Shown: positions 14,101 to 23,008 of the stretch, in pieces | Position numbering within the stretch: position 1 is the first letter of the stretch | Layout: every line of letters starts with the position of its first letter | Source of the DNA: a virus | Taxonomy: Duplodnaviria > Caudoviricetes | Reading direction: 5' to 3' (one strand) | DNA: 36,386 nt | IMG/VR virus record: IMGVR_UViG_3300048670_001179 | Coordinates: 1 to 36,386 of that record | Notes under the pieces: model-generated | Databases searched by the model: none | Told to the model about the DNA's origin: nothing | The model's input: only the letters and a program-made list of their open reading frames with translations | Translations under genes and position numbers: made by a program

Positions 14101-17100
14101 CACCAGTCCAGCACCTGTGATCAACGCTGGATTTGGAACTGTTGTAAACATCGATACCTCGGCACTGACACTCACAGTTGGTGCGCCCAACGGCAACCTA
14201 TATCGTCCAAACACCTTTGATGAAGGAACCACATATTTTGACAGTCGTGCCACCACGTTTAATGGACCACTGTATCAGAGTGGTGTGGTATACACATACG
14301 ATTATCTCAACAGTGCATCGGACTCTGTGAGTGATCCAGGCAAATTTGTATTTGGCCAACAGATATATGATCAACGAGTGCGAGAACTGGATAAGTTTGG
14401 CACAGCAATAAGTTACACCAACGGTGTGTTGATGATAGGCAGTCCGGGCAGTGATGTGGACGACAGCACCTTGAGCGAATTGAATTACGGCCGCGTGGCA
14501 CTGTTCAACAACGCCAATCAATCTCCAGCCTGGGCAGTGATATATGAACAAGTGCCCGTGGTTGACACTGCCTTGATCAATTCAGTATACAGTTACAGTG
14601 CAATCACCGGTGCCAAGACCACTTTCTTTGATTTCTTTGATCCGTTACAGGGCAAGATACTGGGTGCAGCAGCAGAAAACATCAATTATATCGGTGCCGT
14701 GGATCCTGCTGCTTACAATGTGGGCGCAGTGAATAATTTCGGCAGGATCTGGGCCGCAGGATACCTTGGTGAAGTCTGGTGGGATACCAGCACAGTGCGA
14801 TTTATCGATCCCAACCAAGACAACATCACCTATGCTGCACGTCGTTGGGGCCAGGTGTTTCCTGGATCAGTCGTGGCCATCTATCAATGGGTCAGCAGCA
14901 CGGTACCACCGGCTGACTACATTGGTCCAGGAACTCCTCGAGACATTGTGAGTTACAATGTGACCACCGGGTTGAATGCTGAAAATATTTTTGCCACCAC
15001 TTATTATTTCTGGGTACAAGGTATCACTACCACTGACACCAGAGCTGGAAAAACTCTGCCCATCACTGCTGTGGCAAGATACATCGAAGATCCCCGTAGT
15101 TCAGGTGTGCCTTATGTGGCTTTTCTCAGTGCCAGTGCCACTGGAATCTACAATGCTGTGAATGACATATCTGCCCAGGATACCATACTCAGCATTGAGT
15201 TTGATCGAGAACTCACAGATGCCAATGTTCATGTACAGTACAGCCTGATTCCCCAGGATCGTGCAGATGGATTCTTGCCCGACACCTTGTATCTCAAGTT
15301 CCAAGACAGTTTGTGCGGCGTAAACACAACCGGTGCCCGGGTCCCTGATCCTGGGCTCAGCATAGCCAATCGTTATGGCGTGCAGTTCCGTCCAAGACAG
15401 AGCATGTTTGAGGATAGATTCCTGGCATTGAAAAATTACTTTACCAGAGTGAATTCGGTTCTGGCACAGTATCCTATCACAGAGATACGCAGTTTTCCAT
15501 TGCTGCTCAGCAGAGAACCTGAACCACCTGTGGGATCCGGTGCCTGGAACAAGCGCGTGACCGATCTTGAAGAACTCAGTTACCAGGATTTGGCACAGGT
15601 GCCTGTAGGATATCTATATTTGGTAGTGAGCGATTCATCTCAGAATGGTCTTTGGAGCATCTACAGTGTGACTGCCACAAAGACTTTTGCCACCTTGGAT
15701 CTGGTTCGAGTACAAAACTTCGACACCCGCAGATACTGGAACCATATTGACTGGTATCTTCCTGGGTACAATCAGAGCAAACAGATTGTTGCCACAGTGG
15801 CCATATACAGCGACCTTGCCAAGTTGAGTGTTTATCAAGCACCAATAGGATCCAGTGTGCGAGTCACAGCCAATTCACAGAACAGATGGGAAATCTATCT
15901 TCGTACAGCTACCAACATTTATGATCGAGTGGCAGTACAAGATGGCACCATTGAAATTTCAGAGGTGCTATGGAATTATAAACTGGGTAGATTTGGATTT
16001 GATAATGAAGTGTTTGACGCACAATACTTTGACCAGGAACCTGTGATCGAAACCCGCAAAATAATCCAGGCCATCAATCAAGAACTATTGGTTGATGAGC
16101 TGTTGATAGAACGCAATCGTGCATTGATCTTGATGTTTAATTTTGTGTTGAGCGAGTTTGAAGCACCTGATTGGTTGAGCAAGACTTCGTTGATCGATGT
16201 GGACCATACAATCCGTGAACTGTTGCCATTCCAGACCTATCGTCAGGACAATCAAGACTTTGTGGTAGATTACATCAAAGAAGTCAAACCTTATCATGTG
16301 CAGATTCGAGAACTGAATCTCATCTACAACGGCCTAGATGACTACCAAGGCACGCTCACAGACTTTGATGTGCCTGCATACTATGACACCGATGTGATCC
16401 CCAATCAGTTCGTGAGTCCCATACTCACGCCGTACACTGCAAGCACAGCAGTTGGCACCGGAACTGCCACAGATGCCAGTGATGCAGCGTCTAACAGTTT
16501 GATATGGCAACAACAGCCTTGGAGTTTCTGGTATGACAACTATGCCCTGGGCGTGGTCAGCGTGAACATTGCTGATGCAGGATCAGGATACACAGTACCT
16601 CCTGTGGCCGTGGTCACCGGTGATTGCGTCACACCTGCGGTGCTCACTGTTCGGGTCAACAGTGCCGGCCTTATCACTGGAGTCACTGTGGTAGACACCG
16701 GATCAGGATACACCACAACTGCCATCATCACACTTGACGGCGGTAACGGCACAGGCGGCCAGTTGGTTGCCATAATGGCCAATGCCTTGGTTGATGACAC
16801 GGCATACAATCTAGTGCGTAGTTTTGATGTGACCATGAAGTATGACAGATATCAATATGTGACCACCATTGTGGATTGGGAACCCAATGTATCGTACGAC
16901 AACGGAACTCAAGTACGCTATGACAACCGAGTGTGGGAAGCTAACAGTTCGGATTCTACCGGAGTCGAAACAGCCACATTTGACCCTGCAGACTGGTTGC
17001 TGGTAAATGCTGCCACTCTATCGGGTGTGGATCGTACCATGGGCCTGTATGTGCCCACTGTGAACGAACCTGGTCTGGATTTAAGTCTCTTGATCGACGG

Positions 17101-19423
17101 GGTGAGTTATCCCGGAGTACAAGTGTCGGCTCCAACATTCAATCAGAACACCGGATGGGATGTGGGCAATTGGGATATAAACCCTTGGGATAACATCGCA
17201 TATGGACCTGATGGCTTACCCACATATGATCCGGGCATTCTTGACACCATCTACGAAAGTAGATTCCTGGACATCTATCTAGGACTGCGCCCAACTGATA
17301 TCAATGTGGTGGGTGGCGAGTTTGTGGGACCTTATGAAAGCCATGCACCTGAAGAACTGGTACCTGGTTCAGAATTTGACACCATGGACTTCCGTGTGTA
17401 CACACGCCCAGGATCAGATTGGACCGGAGACGGTCATGGATTTGCCTGGAAGATTGTGAAATGGGTATATGACAGCAGTGCTGACTACACACAGAGTTTT
17501 GCAGGTATCATTCCCAATCCTGTGCAGATACGTGTGACCAATCAGACACAGCGTCGAAGTCTCACACAAGATATAGCCTATACCGTGGATTGGGTGAATC
17601 AAGTGGTCTCCATTGTGCCCAGCATCAGCGCACCACCTGCAGCCAACGGAGATGTATTGGTACTCGGTGTATACGGCATTGGTGGTGGTAATCAACTGTA
17701 CAAAAACAGTTTCAATGGTGCAGATGTTGGCAACTTCTTGAATATTCCTGTGGCAGATGTTGAAATCTTTGACATGGCGATTTTTGTGAATGGTGAGTTG
17801 ATCAACACATACACATACACAGCCGGCACAAACAATACCACTGACATATCGTTTGCCACAACATACACTTCTTCAGATGAGATCAATGTCACTGCTCTTG
17901 GCAGCACCGATGGATCATTGCCGTACACCTGGTCCACTCCGCAGACACAGAACTTTGTGAGTTTTGGACAGCTGGAGTATAGGTTGAACAATTCCATGTC
18001 GGGCACCAACATTGCCAATCTAATAGTGGAAATAAACGGTATCCGTGCAAGACCTCCTGAAGGCGCACTGTACATCGCTGATGGCAGCTCGGGATATGAG
18101 TTACCCAATCGTGGTGGATATAGTCTTGGACTGGTGTCGGACAATGATGTGTATGTGTGGGTAAACAACGAGCGACTTACCCTGGGCAGCGATTATATTG
18201 TTGAGCCATTTACCGGTAGTGACACAAGGTATGTAGATATCTTTACTGCCCCAAGCACAGGATCCGAAGTGTTGATCAGCGTCACTACCAAGGCAGACTA
18301 TGTGATCTTTGATGATAGCAGCAGTATAGATAATTATGATCTGATATTCCGTACCAGTGGTGGATTCCGCCCCATATTTGGTGACATCGTGAGTGTGACA
18401 TCCTGGAACGACACAGCACAACAAAGTATAGTGACCTTGTTGTGGCAAGGTCCTGTGGTAGACGGTGTGGTAGTTAACGAACCGTTTGACAGCACAGATT
18501 TTGACGTGGGCACAGTGACCAATGATCCGGGCAGTTTTGACTACACCGAAGGCGTGCAAGTGATCGTGAACGATTTCCAACTGGGCCGAGCCATACTTGA
18601 TCCCACCAGGATGTGGGTCACAAGAAACGGTACCCGTATCTTCTATGGTGATGATTACTTGGTCATTGGCCAAGAGCTCGTGATACATGGACCGGTGATT
18701 GGCACAAACGAGGTGGTTGTGGCACAGTTGTTTACAGATTCAGTTGTGCCTGAAGAGATGGCATTCCGCATATTCCAAGACATGCGCGGAATCCAAGCCA
18801 CATATCGCATGACACCGGCAACCACCACTGTTTTGACACAACCATTGTTGAAGAATCAAGACATCATCTATGTTGAAGATGCCAGCGCATTGACTGATCC
18901 CAATCTAGATATCAATGTTTGGGGTATCATCACCATCAATGGCGAGCGTATCATGTATCGTGAGCTTGACCTAGAAACCAATACTGTCAGCAGTTTGATG
19001 CGTGGCACAGCAGGCACAGCAGTGGCACAGCATGCGGTGAATAGTATTGTGTACAATCTTGGTCAAGGCAATTTAGCGCCATCCGAATACCAAGATCGCA
19101 TAGTGTATACCAATACATTAGCCGATGGCAGCACCACAACATTTACAGCCGCTAATATCGATCTTAGCCAGTTGACGTTGAGTTTTGCCGAACAGGCTAT
19201 ATTGGTTTACGTTGCTGGATTGCGGGCAAATACAGGATACACAGTGGATTCCGTAGCACCTGCTACCATAACATTTGATACTGCACCCACAGCAGGATAT
19301 GAAGTTTCAATTCGTGTACGTCAGGGATTGGGATGGTACGGCCCTGGAGTGTCTGAAGATAACGGTGTTGCCTTGCAAGTGACCCAAACTGACGCTGCAA
19401 GGTTTTTCCGGGGACAAAACTAA
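5147..19423 (+). CDS. Giant (4758 aa) multidomain virion protein, probably a gp7/gpI-like baseplate wedge protein with FG-GAP propeller, CBM-like motifs and adapter-like repeats
   Basis: Uninterrupted 14.3-kb ORF coupled to the gp6-like gene by TAATG. N-terminal [13 protein letters not shown], central [11 protein letters not shown] and later EVKPYH motifs recall gpI/gp7. Thr/Val/Ser/Gly-rich, beta-strand-type composition. Confidence 0.8.
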   Translation: MATTRTVDFLPPIFQTSTNKQFLAATLDQLVQEPQFKKTQGFVGRHVGPGVNPNDYYVIEPTASRSNYQLEPGVISLVPDTNTISDAITYPGITDAIGRQGGATDNSARLYTSEYYSWDPFVNFDKFSNYSQYYWVPAGPLAVDVSATTIPVTDTFDVTRAVNYYEFSGIAGENPIITLVRGGNYEFVVNQAPNSFWIQAEPGVNGRLPYAPNISSRDVFGVTNNGEDSGTVSFDVPYKTAQQFYYDLDLIATVPTAGQVDLLATTLQFDQVNNVFLSTFLEQYPDGIDGITNLQNRTIVFTNTTTDPVDGGWLITTQFDPLAQTSSNNGLPGSYDYLTFDQTTPILDVNTRYSVWLIQYQYTSSGEPILKLSSVTACPNLSKFTVMFGTEWSTTQWYRNAEGYFEQIPLLTAVQDLLWYQDGTNPEIFGQIRLIDPADSETINVVTDILGKTNYTAPNGVVFTNNLQITFRGSVTPASYENQTYYVVGVGTAIQLLSVGNYVTPETYTESATVPFDSLAFDVGNFDGSLNQPVQLDYITMALDSPDLNAWTRSNRWFHIDVITASAAYNNTTAILDNAQRARRPIIEFRGGIRLFNMGTEAKQPVNIIDLRETDALSNINGQLGYAVDGYVFQQGTRVIFARDLDARVRDKIYVVNFITPATGPLPDSTLYSQPIIDLVPADDAVAVVDQCVVCLSGSTLQGITFRYDGEQWIRAQEKTSINQTPMFDVYDLNGHSLSNRVVYPSTTFSTTKNNLGDTVGGSALFSYATGTSGIADTVLGFPLRYFSLNNVGDIVFDNNLYTDTFVYVKDNVSTTENISIGHVREYANRTVYEKEIGWQTAVVKSQIYQQFSFTYTSVAITGSIANTTLTVTVPPADGVSLQLGQTLSGQDITAGTQITEFLTGTGGVGTYTVSVSQTVGSEVMAVTSPLILDVAVVPTGAVPSIKVYATSVSQNFSSLFQDTNTYTFTTTSNTTTIRFNTNINIVPGDIIEVLALSDQVSDVGFYQVPINLENNPLNGNSPSFTLGTIRTHYDTIAQNLVNLTGAVNGANNSRDLGNIVPYGLSILQQSSPMTLAGYFLRKPEYDIFASLEYNSRQYQQFKAQFLNQSVTGDYTNLTIPEILNAVFSELNLGRTSSSPFYWSDMLPTGTVYTQQQITVTPITTQVFDLNQVFNYTSANYQALLVYVNDRLLTRNVEYIVSVDAPIVTILVPLVVGEVVTIQEYETTYGSYVPNTPTKLGLYPAFVPEIFLDETYVDPVFVIRGHDGSITRAFGDFRDELLLEYETRIYNNLKLDGNPVPLTAAEVIPGEFRTTDYSLGEIQDILNPDFLTWVGWNKLDYKTQDYVPSNQFTWNYSTASNKLTDNEPLVIGAWRGIYNYFYDTIYPNTRPWEMLGFSERPVWWEFQYGAAPYTSGNLVLWGDLAEGLVRDPVAPYVRPEYARPQLLEVIPAGSEGALLSPMEVVVGNFNSNNFRRSWVAGDDGPVENAWRTSSAYPFAIMRLLALTRPAEFFSLFADRDLYRFNTDYDQYLYNHRYRLDANGVEIYGNGDSKASYINWIVDFNRQTGINSTTALTADLKNLDVRLCYRMASFSGKNLLGIYTEKSSPNSLNSSLLLPDNSYNLLFYKNVPFAQLTYSSVIVQSTSNGWAVYGYSFNQQYFNILQSLVNGNLATVSAGGSSVRVPVNYSNDVVQIPYGYVFTNRTLMVDFLLSYGALLQQQGLVFDTIENGYVLNWGQMASEFLYWSNQGWNTGSIINLNPGATKLIVERAGAIVDSIAVQTVENMVLNANRTPFNARDLVIERLDNTFTVTSLTNDTINFLNIKFTNYENMIVLDNTSIFADLIYDPVTGARQSRVRLVGWTTTDWNGQLNAQGFILNQDNIMPWDPLKKYSRGEIVEWKNTYYSAVDIVQPSSKFDINQWTVSDYTLIQQGLLPNLANKSDQLANTYNTYTANLELNQDLFAYALIGWKPRQYMVNLNLDSTSQVQLYQQFLGTKGTLRAAEIFSFADLGRGPAQYDIYENWAVLRGTYGANANRSFYELQLNEALLTANPSTIQVVLPTESSLADQTVLLSKLWKSSFKLPSPDILTTTTIPVTDTALPSAGYVNFDDVDITVFDITNTASLDANIDSIGLGTVIWVAKINNYDWGIFRTGQLPGYLDSVTTNLDGTSVFTFTQSHGITAGTLFIVRFFSDEVDGVYEVLNVPNPNQLVVLFSFLNTSQITATGEGIGFILQTQRVSQASDVITLPYANSLIPGNKVWVDNNGAGLWQVLEKQNVFTSSAEIKAATPISNSQFGQSVAQSKDNLYAIVGSPALNSDVGAVYTFIRTSLAPFEENSVVEPNAADTLRFGQSISIGNQTWQVVGAPASYNNRGYASVVYRTPGTVSFAVSALLTTPDPRDLVYPAEFGYSVAISRDERWMYIGAPGINKVFAYGQVQVESQSVNYTTNGSTFVFNYSDYIVIDDQEDQQITVILNNQLMTYGVDYTQTSTSVVFTSTPVKDLVLQIIRRTNASYVGDGATRTFSLNEYLYSAVNIYSFRVSLNGVLQRPNIDYTFNADDSAFGRDLIFETAPALNDSIAVATNSYYTLVDTLEFTITCTASITGTTMTVSSVPIGAPPLTVSMILSGTGIAQGLRITALLTGTGGTGTYQVSQSQSVASTTVTARLSDSARFGESVACTVDGRQIMIGAPNDYYSSTADAGAVYVYDRSVQNFVITDTAQTSYTVDSNLLVAPTAVILNNTFLTNTEGNITGTFSVTDATVTVTATLAVGDVLQIQANTFNLLQIIGANTAKVAANFGTSVDICRYSCSLYTGAPQDSSVLENAGSAQRNVNQSRVYGTTTSTNANPRLIPGDTIRINDQEVALSQPLAWSSTSAYTANTIVDYGLSLYIAIRSVPAGTALTNTTYWQTSSWPAVLAQDINASGVSNVIATAGAAGTSSYGLLTISVKNILAAEEGNRLTVLPGLIGTVFQSLVFNTFAFTQTITSPAPVINAGFGTVVNIDTSALTLTVGAPNGNLYRPNTFDEGTTYFDSRATTFNGPLYQSGVVYTYDYLNSASDSVSDPGKFVFGQQIYDQRVRELDKFGTAISYTNGVLMIGSPGSDVDDSTLSELNYGRVALFNNANQSPAWAVIYEQVPVVDTALINSVYSYSAITGAKTTFFDFFDPLQGKILGAAAENINYIGAVDPAAYNVGAVNNFGRIWAAGYLGEVWWDTSTVRFIDPNQDNITYAARRWGQVFPGSVVAIYQWVSSTVPPADYIGPGTPRDIVSYNVTTGLNAENIFATTYYFWVQGITTTDTRAGKTLPITAVARYIEDPRSSGVPYVAFLSASATGIYNAVNDISAQDTILSIEFDRELTDANVHVQYSLIPQDRADGFLPDTLYLKFQDSLCGVNTTGARVPDPGLSIANRYGVQFRPRQSMFEDRFLALKNYFTRVNSVLAQYPITEIRSFPLLLSREPEPPVGSGAWNKRVTDLEELSYQDLAQVPVGYLYLVVSDSSQNGLWSIYSVTATKTFATLDLVRVQNFDTRRYWNHIDWYLPGYNQSKQIVATVAIYSDLAKLSVYQAPIGSSVRVTANSQNRWEIYLRTATNIYDRVAVQDGTIEISEVLWNYKLGRFGFDNEVFDAQYFDQEPVIETRKIIQAINQELLVDELLIERNRALILMFNFVLSEFEAPDWLSKTSLIDVDHTIRELLPFQTYRQDNQDFVVDYIKEVKPYHVQIRELNLIYNGLDDYQGTLTDFDVPAYYDTDVIPNQFVSPILTPYTASTAVGTGTATDASDAASNSLIWQQQPWSFWYDNYALGVVSVNIADAGSGYTVPPVAVVTGDCVTPAVLTVRVNSAGLITGVTVVDTGSGYTTTAIITLDGGNGTGGQLVAIMANALVDDTAYNLVRSFDVTMKYDRYQYVTTIVDWEPNVSYDNGTQVRYDNRVWEANSSDSTGVETATFDPADWLLVNAATLSGVDRTMGLYVPTVNEPGLDLSLLIDGVSYPGVQVSAPTFNQNTGWDVGNWDINPWDNIAYGPDGLPTYDPGILDTIYESRFLDIYLGLRPTDINVVGGEFVGPYESHAPEELVPGSEFDTMDFRVYTRPGSDWTGDGHGFAWKIVKWVYDSSADYTQSFAGIIPNPVQIRVTNQTQRRSLTQDIAYTVDWVNQVVSIVPSISAPPAANGDVLVLGVYGIGGGNQLYKNSFNGADVGNFLNIPVADVEIFDMAIFVNGELINTYTYTAGTNNTTDISFATTYTSSDEINVTALGSTDGSLPYTWSTPQTQNFVSFGQLEYRLNNSMSGTNIANLIVEINGIRARPPEGALYIADGSSGYELPNRGGYSLGLVSDNDVYVWVNNERLTLGSDYIVEPFTGSDTRYVDIFTAPSTGSEVLISVTTKADYVIFDDSSSIDNYDLIFRTSGGFRPIFGDIVSVTSWNDTAQQSIVTLLWQGPVVDGVVVNEPFDSTDFDVGTVTNDPGSFDYTEGVQVIVNDFQLGRAILDPTRMWVTRNGTRIFYGDDYLVIGQELVIHGPVIGTNEVVVAQLFTDSVVPEEMAFRIFQDMRGIQATYRMTPATTTVLTQPLLKNQDIIYVEDASALTDPNLDINVWGIITINGERIMYRELDLETNTVSSLMRGTAGTAVAQHAVNSIVYNLGQGNLAPSEYQDRIVYTNTLADGSTTTFTAANIDLSQLTLSFAEQAILVYVAGLRANTGYTVDSVAPATITFDTAPTAGYEVSIRVRQGLGWYGPGVSEDNGVALQVTQTDAARFFRGQN
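7727..13129 (+). repeat. Two copies of a ~62-aa module in the giant protein (about 7727-7912 and 12941-13129)
   Basis: [13 protein letters not shown]...[39 protein letters not shown] versus [13 protein letters not shown]...[40 protein letters not shown]. Confidence 0.85.
12023..14450 (+). repeat. Seven FG-GAP-like repeats (integrin-alpha-type beta-propeller blades) in the giant protein
   Basis: [14 protein letters not shown]; [13 protein letters not shown]; [13 protein letters not shown]; [13 protein letters not shown]; [13 protein letters not shown]; [13 protein letters not shown]; [13 protein letters not shown]. Confidence 0.8.
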
Positions 19424-19425
19424 GG

Positions 19426-19431
19426 TAAATA
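19426..19431 (+). promoter_or_regulatory. TAAATA late-promoter-like motif 4 nt before the ATG of the 48-aa ORF
   Basis: taaggTAAATAaaacATG; same motif-to-ATG spacing as at 1252. Confidence 0.6.
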
Positions 19432-19435
19432 AAAC

Positions 19436-19582
19436 ATGCAGCAAAATCACAAGCCTCAACCACAGCCGCCAAAACCACAGCCCGCAACTCGTCCAAACGA
19501 ACGCGGTGCTATTGCAGTTTCGGGATTTTTGAAGATTTCGGATCCTGAAACCAAACAAGTATTCGTGGAGATACCGGCATGA
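19436..19582 (+). CDS. Small 48-aa protein not in the ORF track: MQQNHKPQPQPPKPQPATRPNERGAIAVSGFLKISDPETKQVFVEIPA
   Basis: Fills the gap between two genes, is preceded by TAAATA, overlaps the next gene by ATGA, and its C-terminal half resembles the N-terminus of the next protein. Confidence 0.75.
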   Translation: MQQNHKPQPQPPKPQPATRPNERGAIAVSGFLKISDPETKQVFVEIPA

Positions 19583-20193
19583 TGATACCTGTGCAAGTAC
19601 AAGGATTTGTAAAAATTTTTGATCCTGTGAGTGGAGAAGTTTTTGTGGACAAAAAGAACGCTATCCACTATGAAAACATGAGTATCAGTCTTGCTGAAAC
19701 TCTCAGCCATCGTACACTTGCACAAGGTGGCGGTTGGATCTATCTCATGGCGTTTGGAAATGGTGGTAGTTCGGTGGATCCAACTGGTGTGATCACCTAT
19801 TTGCCACCCAACACCACCGGTGCCAATGCGGATCTTTACAATGAAACTTTTGCTAGGGTTGTGGATGACAATTCCGCAGCCGACACTGACGTGACCAACA
19901 ATTACATGCAGGTTCTGCACACTAGCGGGCAAGTTTATACAGATATCCTGGTGAGCTGTTTGTTGGATTACGGAGCAGTTCCGGGTCAACAGGCATTTGA
20001 CAACAGTACCAATTTCAACGGCGAATATGTGTTTGATGAACTGGGGCTCAAAGCAGTCACCGGTGAAGACCTTACCCAACTACGGCTGTTGACCCATGTG
20101 ATCTTTCACCCGGTGCAAAAGAGTCTGAATCGTCAGATCCAGATTGATTACACTGTGCGGATACAGACTTTAACTAACCTGAGCACAGCATAA
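19579..20193 (+). CDS. Putative baseplate/tail-associated structural protein (204 aa)
   Basis: Lies in the structural module; NAIHYEN, MAFGNGG, FDELGL and LLTHVIFHPVQKSLNRQIQIDYTVRI resemble phage fibre-attachment-type proteins. Exact role unknown. Confidence 0.6.
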   Translation: MMIPVQVQGFVKIFDPVSGEVFVDKKNAIHYENMSISLAETLSHRTLAQGGGWIYLMAFGNGGSSVDPTGVITYLPPNTTGANADLYNETFARVVDDNSAADTDVTNNYMQVLHTSGQVYTDILVSCLLDYGAVPGQQAFDNSTNFNGEYVFDELGLKAVTGEDLTQLRLLTHVIFHPVQKSLNRQIQIDYTVRIQTLTNLSTA

Positions 20194-20221
20194 ATATGTG
20201 TAGATTAACAGGTAATAAATA
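20191..20221 (+). promoter_or_regulatory. Two TAAATA late-promoter-like motifs (20191-20196, 20216-20221) upstream of the fibre-like gene
   Basis: The first overlaps the TAA stop of the 204-aa gene; a GGAG SD-like site lies between the second motif and the ATG at 20247. Confidence 0.55.
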
Positions 20222-20246
20222 CCTATAAGATTCGGAGCAAGCAAAC

Positions 20247-21644
20247 ATGTCATATACAATCACTCTCACAGATGGCGCGATTTTCGCAGTAATTCCCGAT
20301 GGAACCATCAACACTGATTCCAGCATGACCCTGGTGGGCAAAAACTATGCTGGTTATGGTCAGTTTATCAATGACGACATCATTCGTTTGTTGGAAAATG
20401 GTTCCAACACCACAGCACCTGGTGCGCCACTTGAAGGTCAACTGTGGTGGGATCAGACCACCGACACCATGAAAGTTTACAATGGTACTGTATTCAAGGT
20501 GATTTCCGGAGCCACTGCTTCGAGCACTGCTCCAAGTTCAAATGTAGCAGGTGATCTATGGTATGACAGCACCAATGCTCAGCTTAATGTTTACAGTGGC
20601 ACAGCATTTATCCTGGTTGGACCTGCATATACCGCGGGCACCGGTGTGACCGGTGCTATTCCTGCCACCATCACAGACACCGACAGTGTGAGTCATGTGG
20701 TTGTGGAACTGTATGTTGAAGACGACATTGTGGGCATCATCAGCAAAGATGCATCATTTAATCCGCAGGTTGCGATCCCGGGATTTGCATCAAACGTGCG
20801 TCCGGGTATCACACTGGCCACCACAATTTCTAGTGTGGGTCAATACTTTCAGGGCACAGCAAACAACGCCAATACCATAGGTAATATATCCGCATCAGGG
20901 TTCTTGCAAACCACCACTAACCAGACCATGACAGGTACCCTGGGCATCTTGAATGATTCAGGATTGAGTGTGGGCGCTGATCAGGATTTCCGTGCAAGTG
21001 TGACTGGTAGTGATGTGTTCCTTCGCAATCAAACACAAGATGGTAATATAGTGCTTCAGATCAATGATGGCGGTGTCACAACCACCATGATCACCATGTT
21101 TGGTGCCAACGCGATGACCACCATCGCCGGAACCACTACTGTTAACACAGCCGCGGGCGCCACTGCTATCGTGAACGGAGCAGGTAATGCTGTGGGCAAC
21201 ATCGGATCCAGTTCCAGTTATTTTAACAAAGTATTTGCACAAAGTACCACAGCACTTTATGCTGACGTGGCAGAACGTTTTGCATCTGACGAGATCTACG
21301 AACCAGGCACAGTGGTTGAACTGGGTGGATCAGCAGAGATCACCCGAGTACAGCATGATGCCAGCGATTCTGTATTTGGTGTTATCTCCACACGCCCTGC
21401 ATTCACAATGAATGGCGGCGCAGGCGATGATGACACACATCCTCCAGTGGCCATGACAGGTCGTGTTCCTGTGAAAGTAACAGGTATCGTGAACAAAGGT
21501 GATCGATTGATTTCCGCAGGTGCAGGCATGGCACGAGCAGCGCAACCCGGCGAAGCAACTTCGTTCAACGTGATTGGTCGTGCATTAACCGGCAAGACTA
21601 CTGCGGATGTGGGCACCGTGGAAGCCATAGTCACAATCAAATAA
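20247..21644 (+). CDS. Tail fibre/appendage-like protein with C-terminal peptidase G2-like intramolecular chaperone/autocleavage domain
   Basis: N-terminal GKNYAGYG..LLEN and two GxLWxD..xVYxG repeats; G/T/A/S-rich shaft; C-terminal YADVAERF..YEPGTVV..VFGVIST.PA..MN..VAMTGRVPVKV.G.VNKGDRL. Confidence 0.72.
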   Translation: MSYTITLTDGAIFAVIPDGTINTDSSMTLVGKNYAGYGQFINDDIIRLLENGSNTTAPGAPLEGQLWWDQTTDTMKVYNGTVFKVISGATASSTAPSSNVAGDLWYDSTNAQLNVYSGTAFILVGPAYTAGTGVTGAIPATITDTDSVSHVVVELYVEDDIVGIISKDASFNPQVAIPGFASNVRPGITLATTISSVGQYFQGTANNANTIGNISASGFLQTTTNQTMTGTLGILNDSGLSVGADQDFRASVTGSDVFLRNQTQDGNIVLQINDGGVTTTMITMFGANAMTTIAGTTTVNTAAGATAIVNGAGNAVGNIGSSSSYFNKVFAQSTTALYADVAERFASDEIYEPGTVVELGGSAEITRVQHDASDSVFGVISTRPAFTMNGGAGDDDTHPPVAMTGRVPVKVTGIVNKGDRLISAGAGMARAAQPGEATSFNVIGRALTGKTTADVGTVEAIVTIK

Positions 21645-21656
21645 TAGGACGCAGAT

Positions 21657-22640
21657 ATGACTTATTCATCAGGCGGATTGATCCAGGCAGCGGATTACAA
21701 CACTTTCCAGACTAATCTCAACGCAATCTGGAGCACAGGTACAGGAGACTCTGGGTGGGGGCAGACATCAATTGCTGCCGTGAGCGCAGGCGGTACTGTT
21801 ACCGCCACCAACTGGGCTACCCTGGTCAACAATCTTTCTGTAACAGGTGCTCAAAGTACCACAACCATAACAGCAAGAACTGCACCAGTCACAGGAAATG
21901 TCGTTGCTATCTTGGCCAATGTAAGTGCCGATATCACCAGTTGTACTGCCAATCGTGGTAATGCCACAAGTTCGGGTACACAATTTGGAACCTTCTCGGG
22001 CACCACAAGCAAAACAACTGCTACCGGATCAGGTCAGGCAGCCTGGACCATCACATTCACTCATACAGTTACATTCCCCAGTGCTGATCAAGCTAGATAT
22101 TTCTGGAATGCCGGCGGCCTAGTAAGATTACAATATGGTAAATCAAGCACAGGAACCGACAATGATCCAGATTGGAATACTCTTGCAGGCTGGTGCGGCT
22201 CAATTTATATAAGTGGGCGTGTGGCTAGTGCAGCACAGACTATCGCAGGTGTGAGTTATACCGGAACCACTCGTATTGGTGGCACAGGCGGAACACAAAC
22301 CACATTGGCCACGACCACTGGGTGGTATCAACTCACAGGTTCGCCTGCAACTGTGTTCCAGTTGAACAATTCTACTGCTCCATATTCTGGAGAATTCATC
22401 CGTACAACTGCCACAGCAACATCTAGCACAGTGCTCACATTGGTAACAACCTGGGTCAGCGATGGTAGTTCAGGTGCAGGAACTTCAGCCGATATCTCGG
22501 GCGGAACAGCAACTGCCAGTCCAAGCACCACAATCTCGGGCACTGCGCCAACCACATTGGTTACCTATCTTCCACCATCCACTGCACAAGGGTTAAGTGC
22601 CAGTTGGGGCACACCCTCAATCGCCGCTTCAGTGGCGTAA
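21657..22640 (+). CDS. Thr/Ser/Gly/Ala-rich putative virion structural protein (327 aa)
   Basis: Last gene before the terminator; very few charged residues, many Thr/Ser; AGGA SD-like site upstream; ends in TAA TAG. Confidence 0.65.
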   Translation: MTYSSGGLIQAADYNTFQTNLNAIWSTGTGDSGWGQTSIAAVSAGGTVTATNWATLVNNLSVTGAQSTTTITARTAPVTGNVVAILANVSADITSCTANRGNATSSGTQFGTFSGTTSKTTATGSGQAAWTITFTHTVTFPSADQARYFWNAGGLVRLQYGKSSTGTDNDPDWNTLAGWCGSIYISGRVASAAQTIAGVSYTGTTRIGGTGGTQTTLATTTGWYQLTGSPATVFQLNNSTAPYSGEFIRTTATATSSTVLTLVTTWVSDGSSGAGTSADISGGTATASPSTTISGTAPTTLVTYLPPSTAQGLSASWGTPSIAASVA

Positions 22641-22657
22641 TAGGCTAATCTCCACCG

Positions 22658-22686
22658 GGGCAAAAGGTAGACTTTTGCCCTTTTTT
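22658..22686 (+). terminator. Rho-independent terminator closing the structural module
   Basis: Perfect 9-bp stem GGGCAAAAG / CTTTTGCCC with a 5-nt loop (GTAGA), followed by TTTTTT. Confidence 0.88.
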
Positions 22687-22696
22687 CGTTTATAAT
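22668..22696 (+). promoter_or_regulatory. Sigma70-like promoter embedded in the terminator; probable leaderless transcript starting at or near 22703
   Basis: TAGACT (22668-22673), 17-bp spacer, perfect TATAAT (22691-22696), ATG 6 nt later, no SD sequence. Confidence 0.65.
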
Positions 22697-22702
22697 ACTC
22701 AA

Positions 22703-23008
22703 ATGAACACTGACAATTTAATCGCTCATGCACGAGCACGGTTTGATCATGTGGCTGCACGCCGTGTGCTTAAAGAAAAATATGAGGCCCGGATGCTGTT
22801 TGCCCATGCCGGAGGTTTGTGGCGTGCCGGCCCTGAACTCTTGGTATTGTTGGCCACAGTACCACCCGGTGATGCTGTGATCTTGGATTTGTATGAAACC
22901 CCAGTGCAGGTCAATCCAGAGCAACTGCGAGGAATGGCCATGATGCGCTGGCAAGAACAGATGACGGCTTGGTTGATAGAGCATGAACAAATGAACAAAA
23001 AACGATGA
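22703..23008 (+). CDS. Hypothetical protein (101 aa), first gene of the enzyme operon
   Basis: ATG directly after the promoter; ATGA overlap with the next gene; no recognisable motif. Confidence 0.7.
   Translation: MNTDNLIAHARARFDHVAARRVLKEKYEARMLFAHAGGLWRAGPELLVLLATVPPGDAVILDLYETPVQVNPEQLRGMAMMRWQEQMTAWLIEHEQMNKKR

Noticed and set aside
5147-19423. Giant ORF as tape measure protein, RTX/adhesin or intein-containing protein
   Set aside because: Composition suggests beta-rich rather than helical structure; no signal peptide, GGxGxD repeats, intein terminal motifs or LAGLIDADG motifs were seen; the context is the baseplate.
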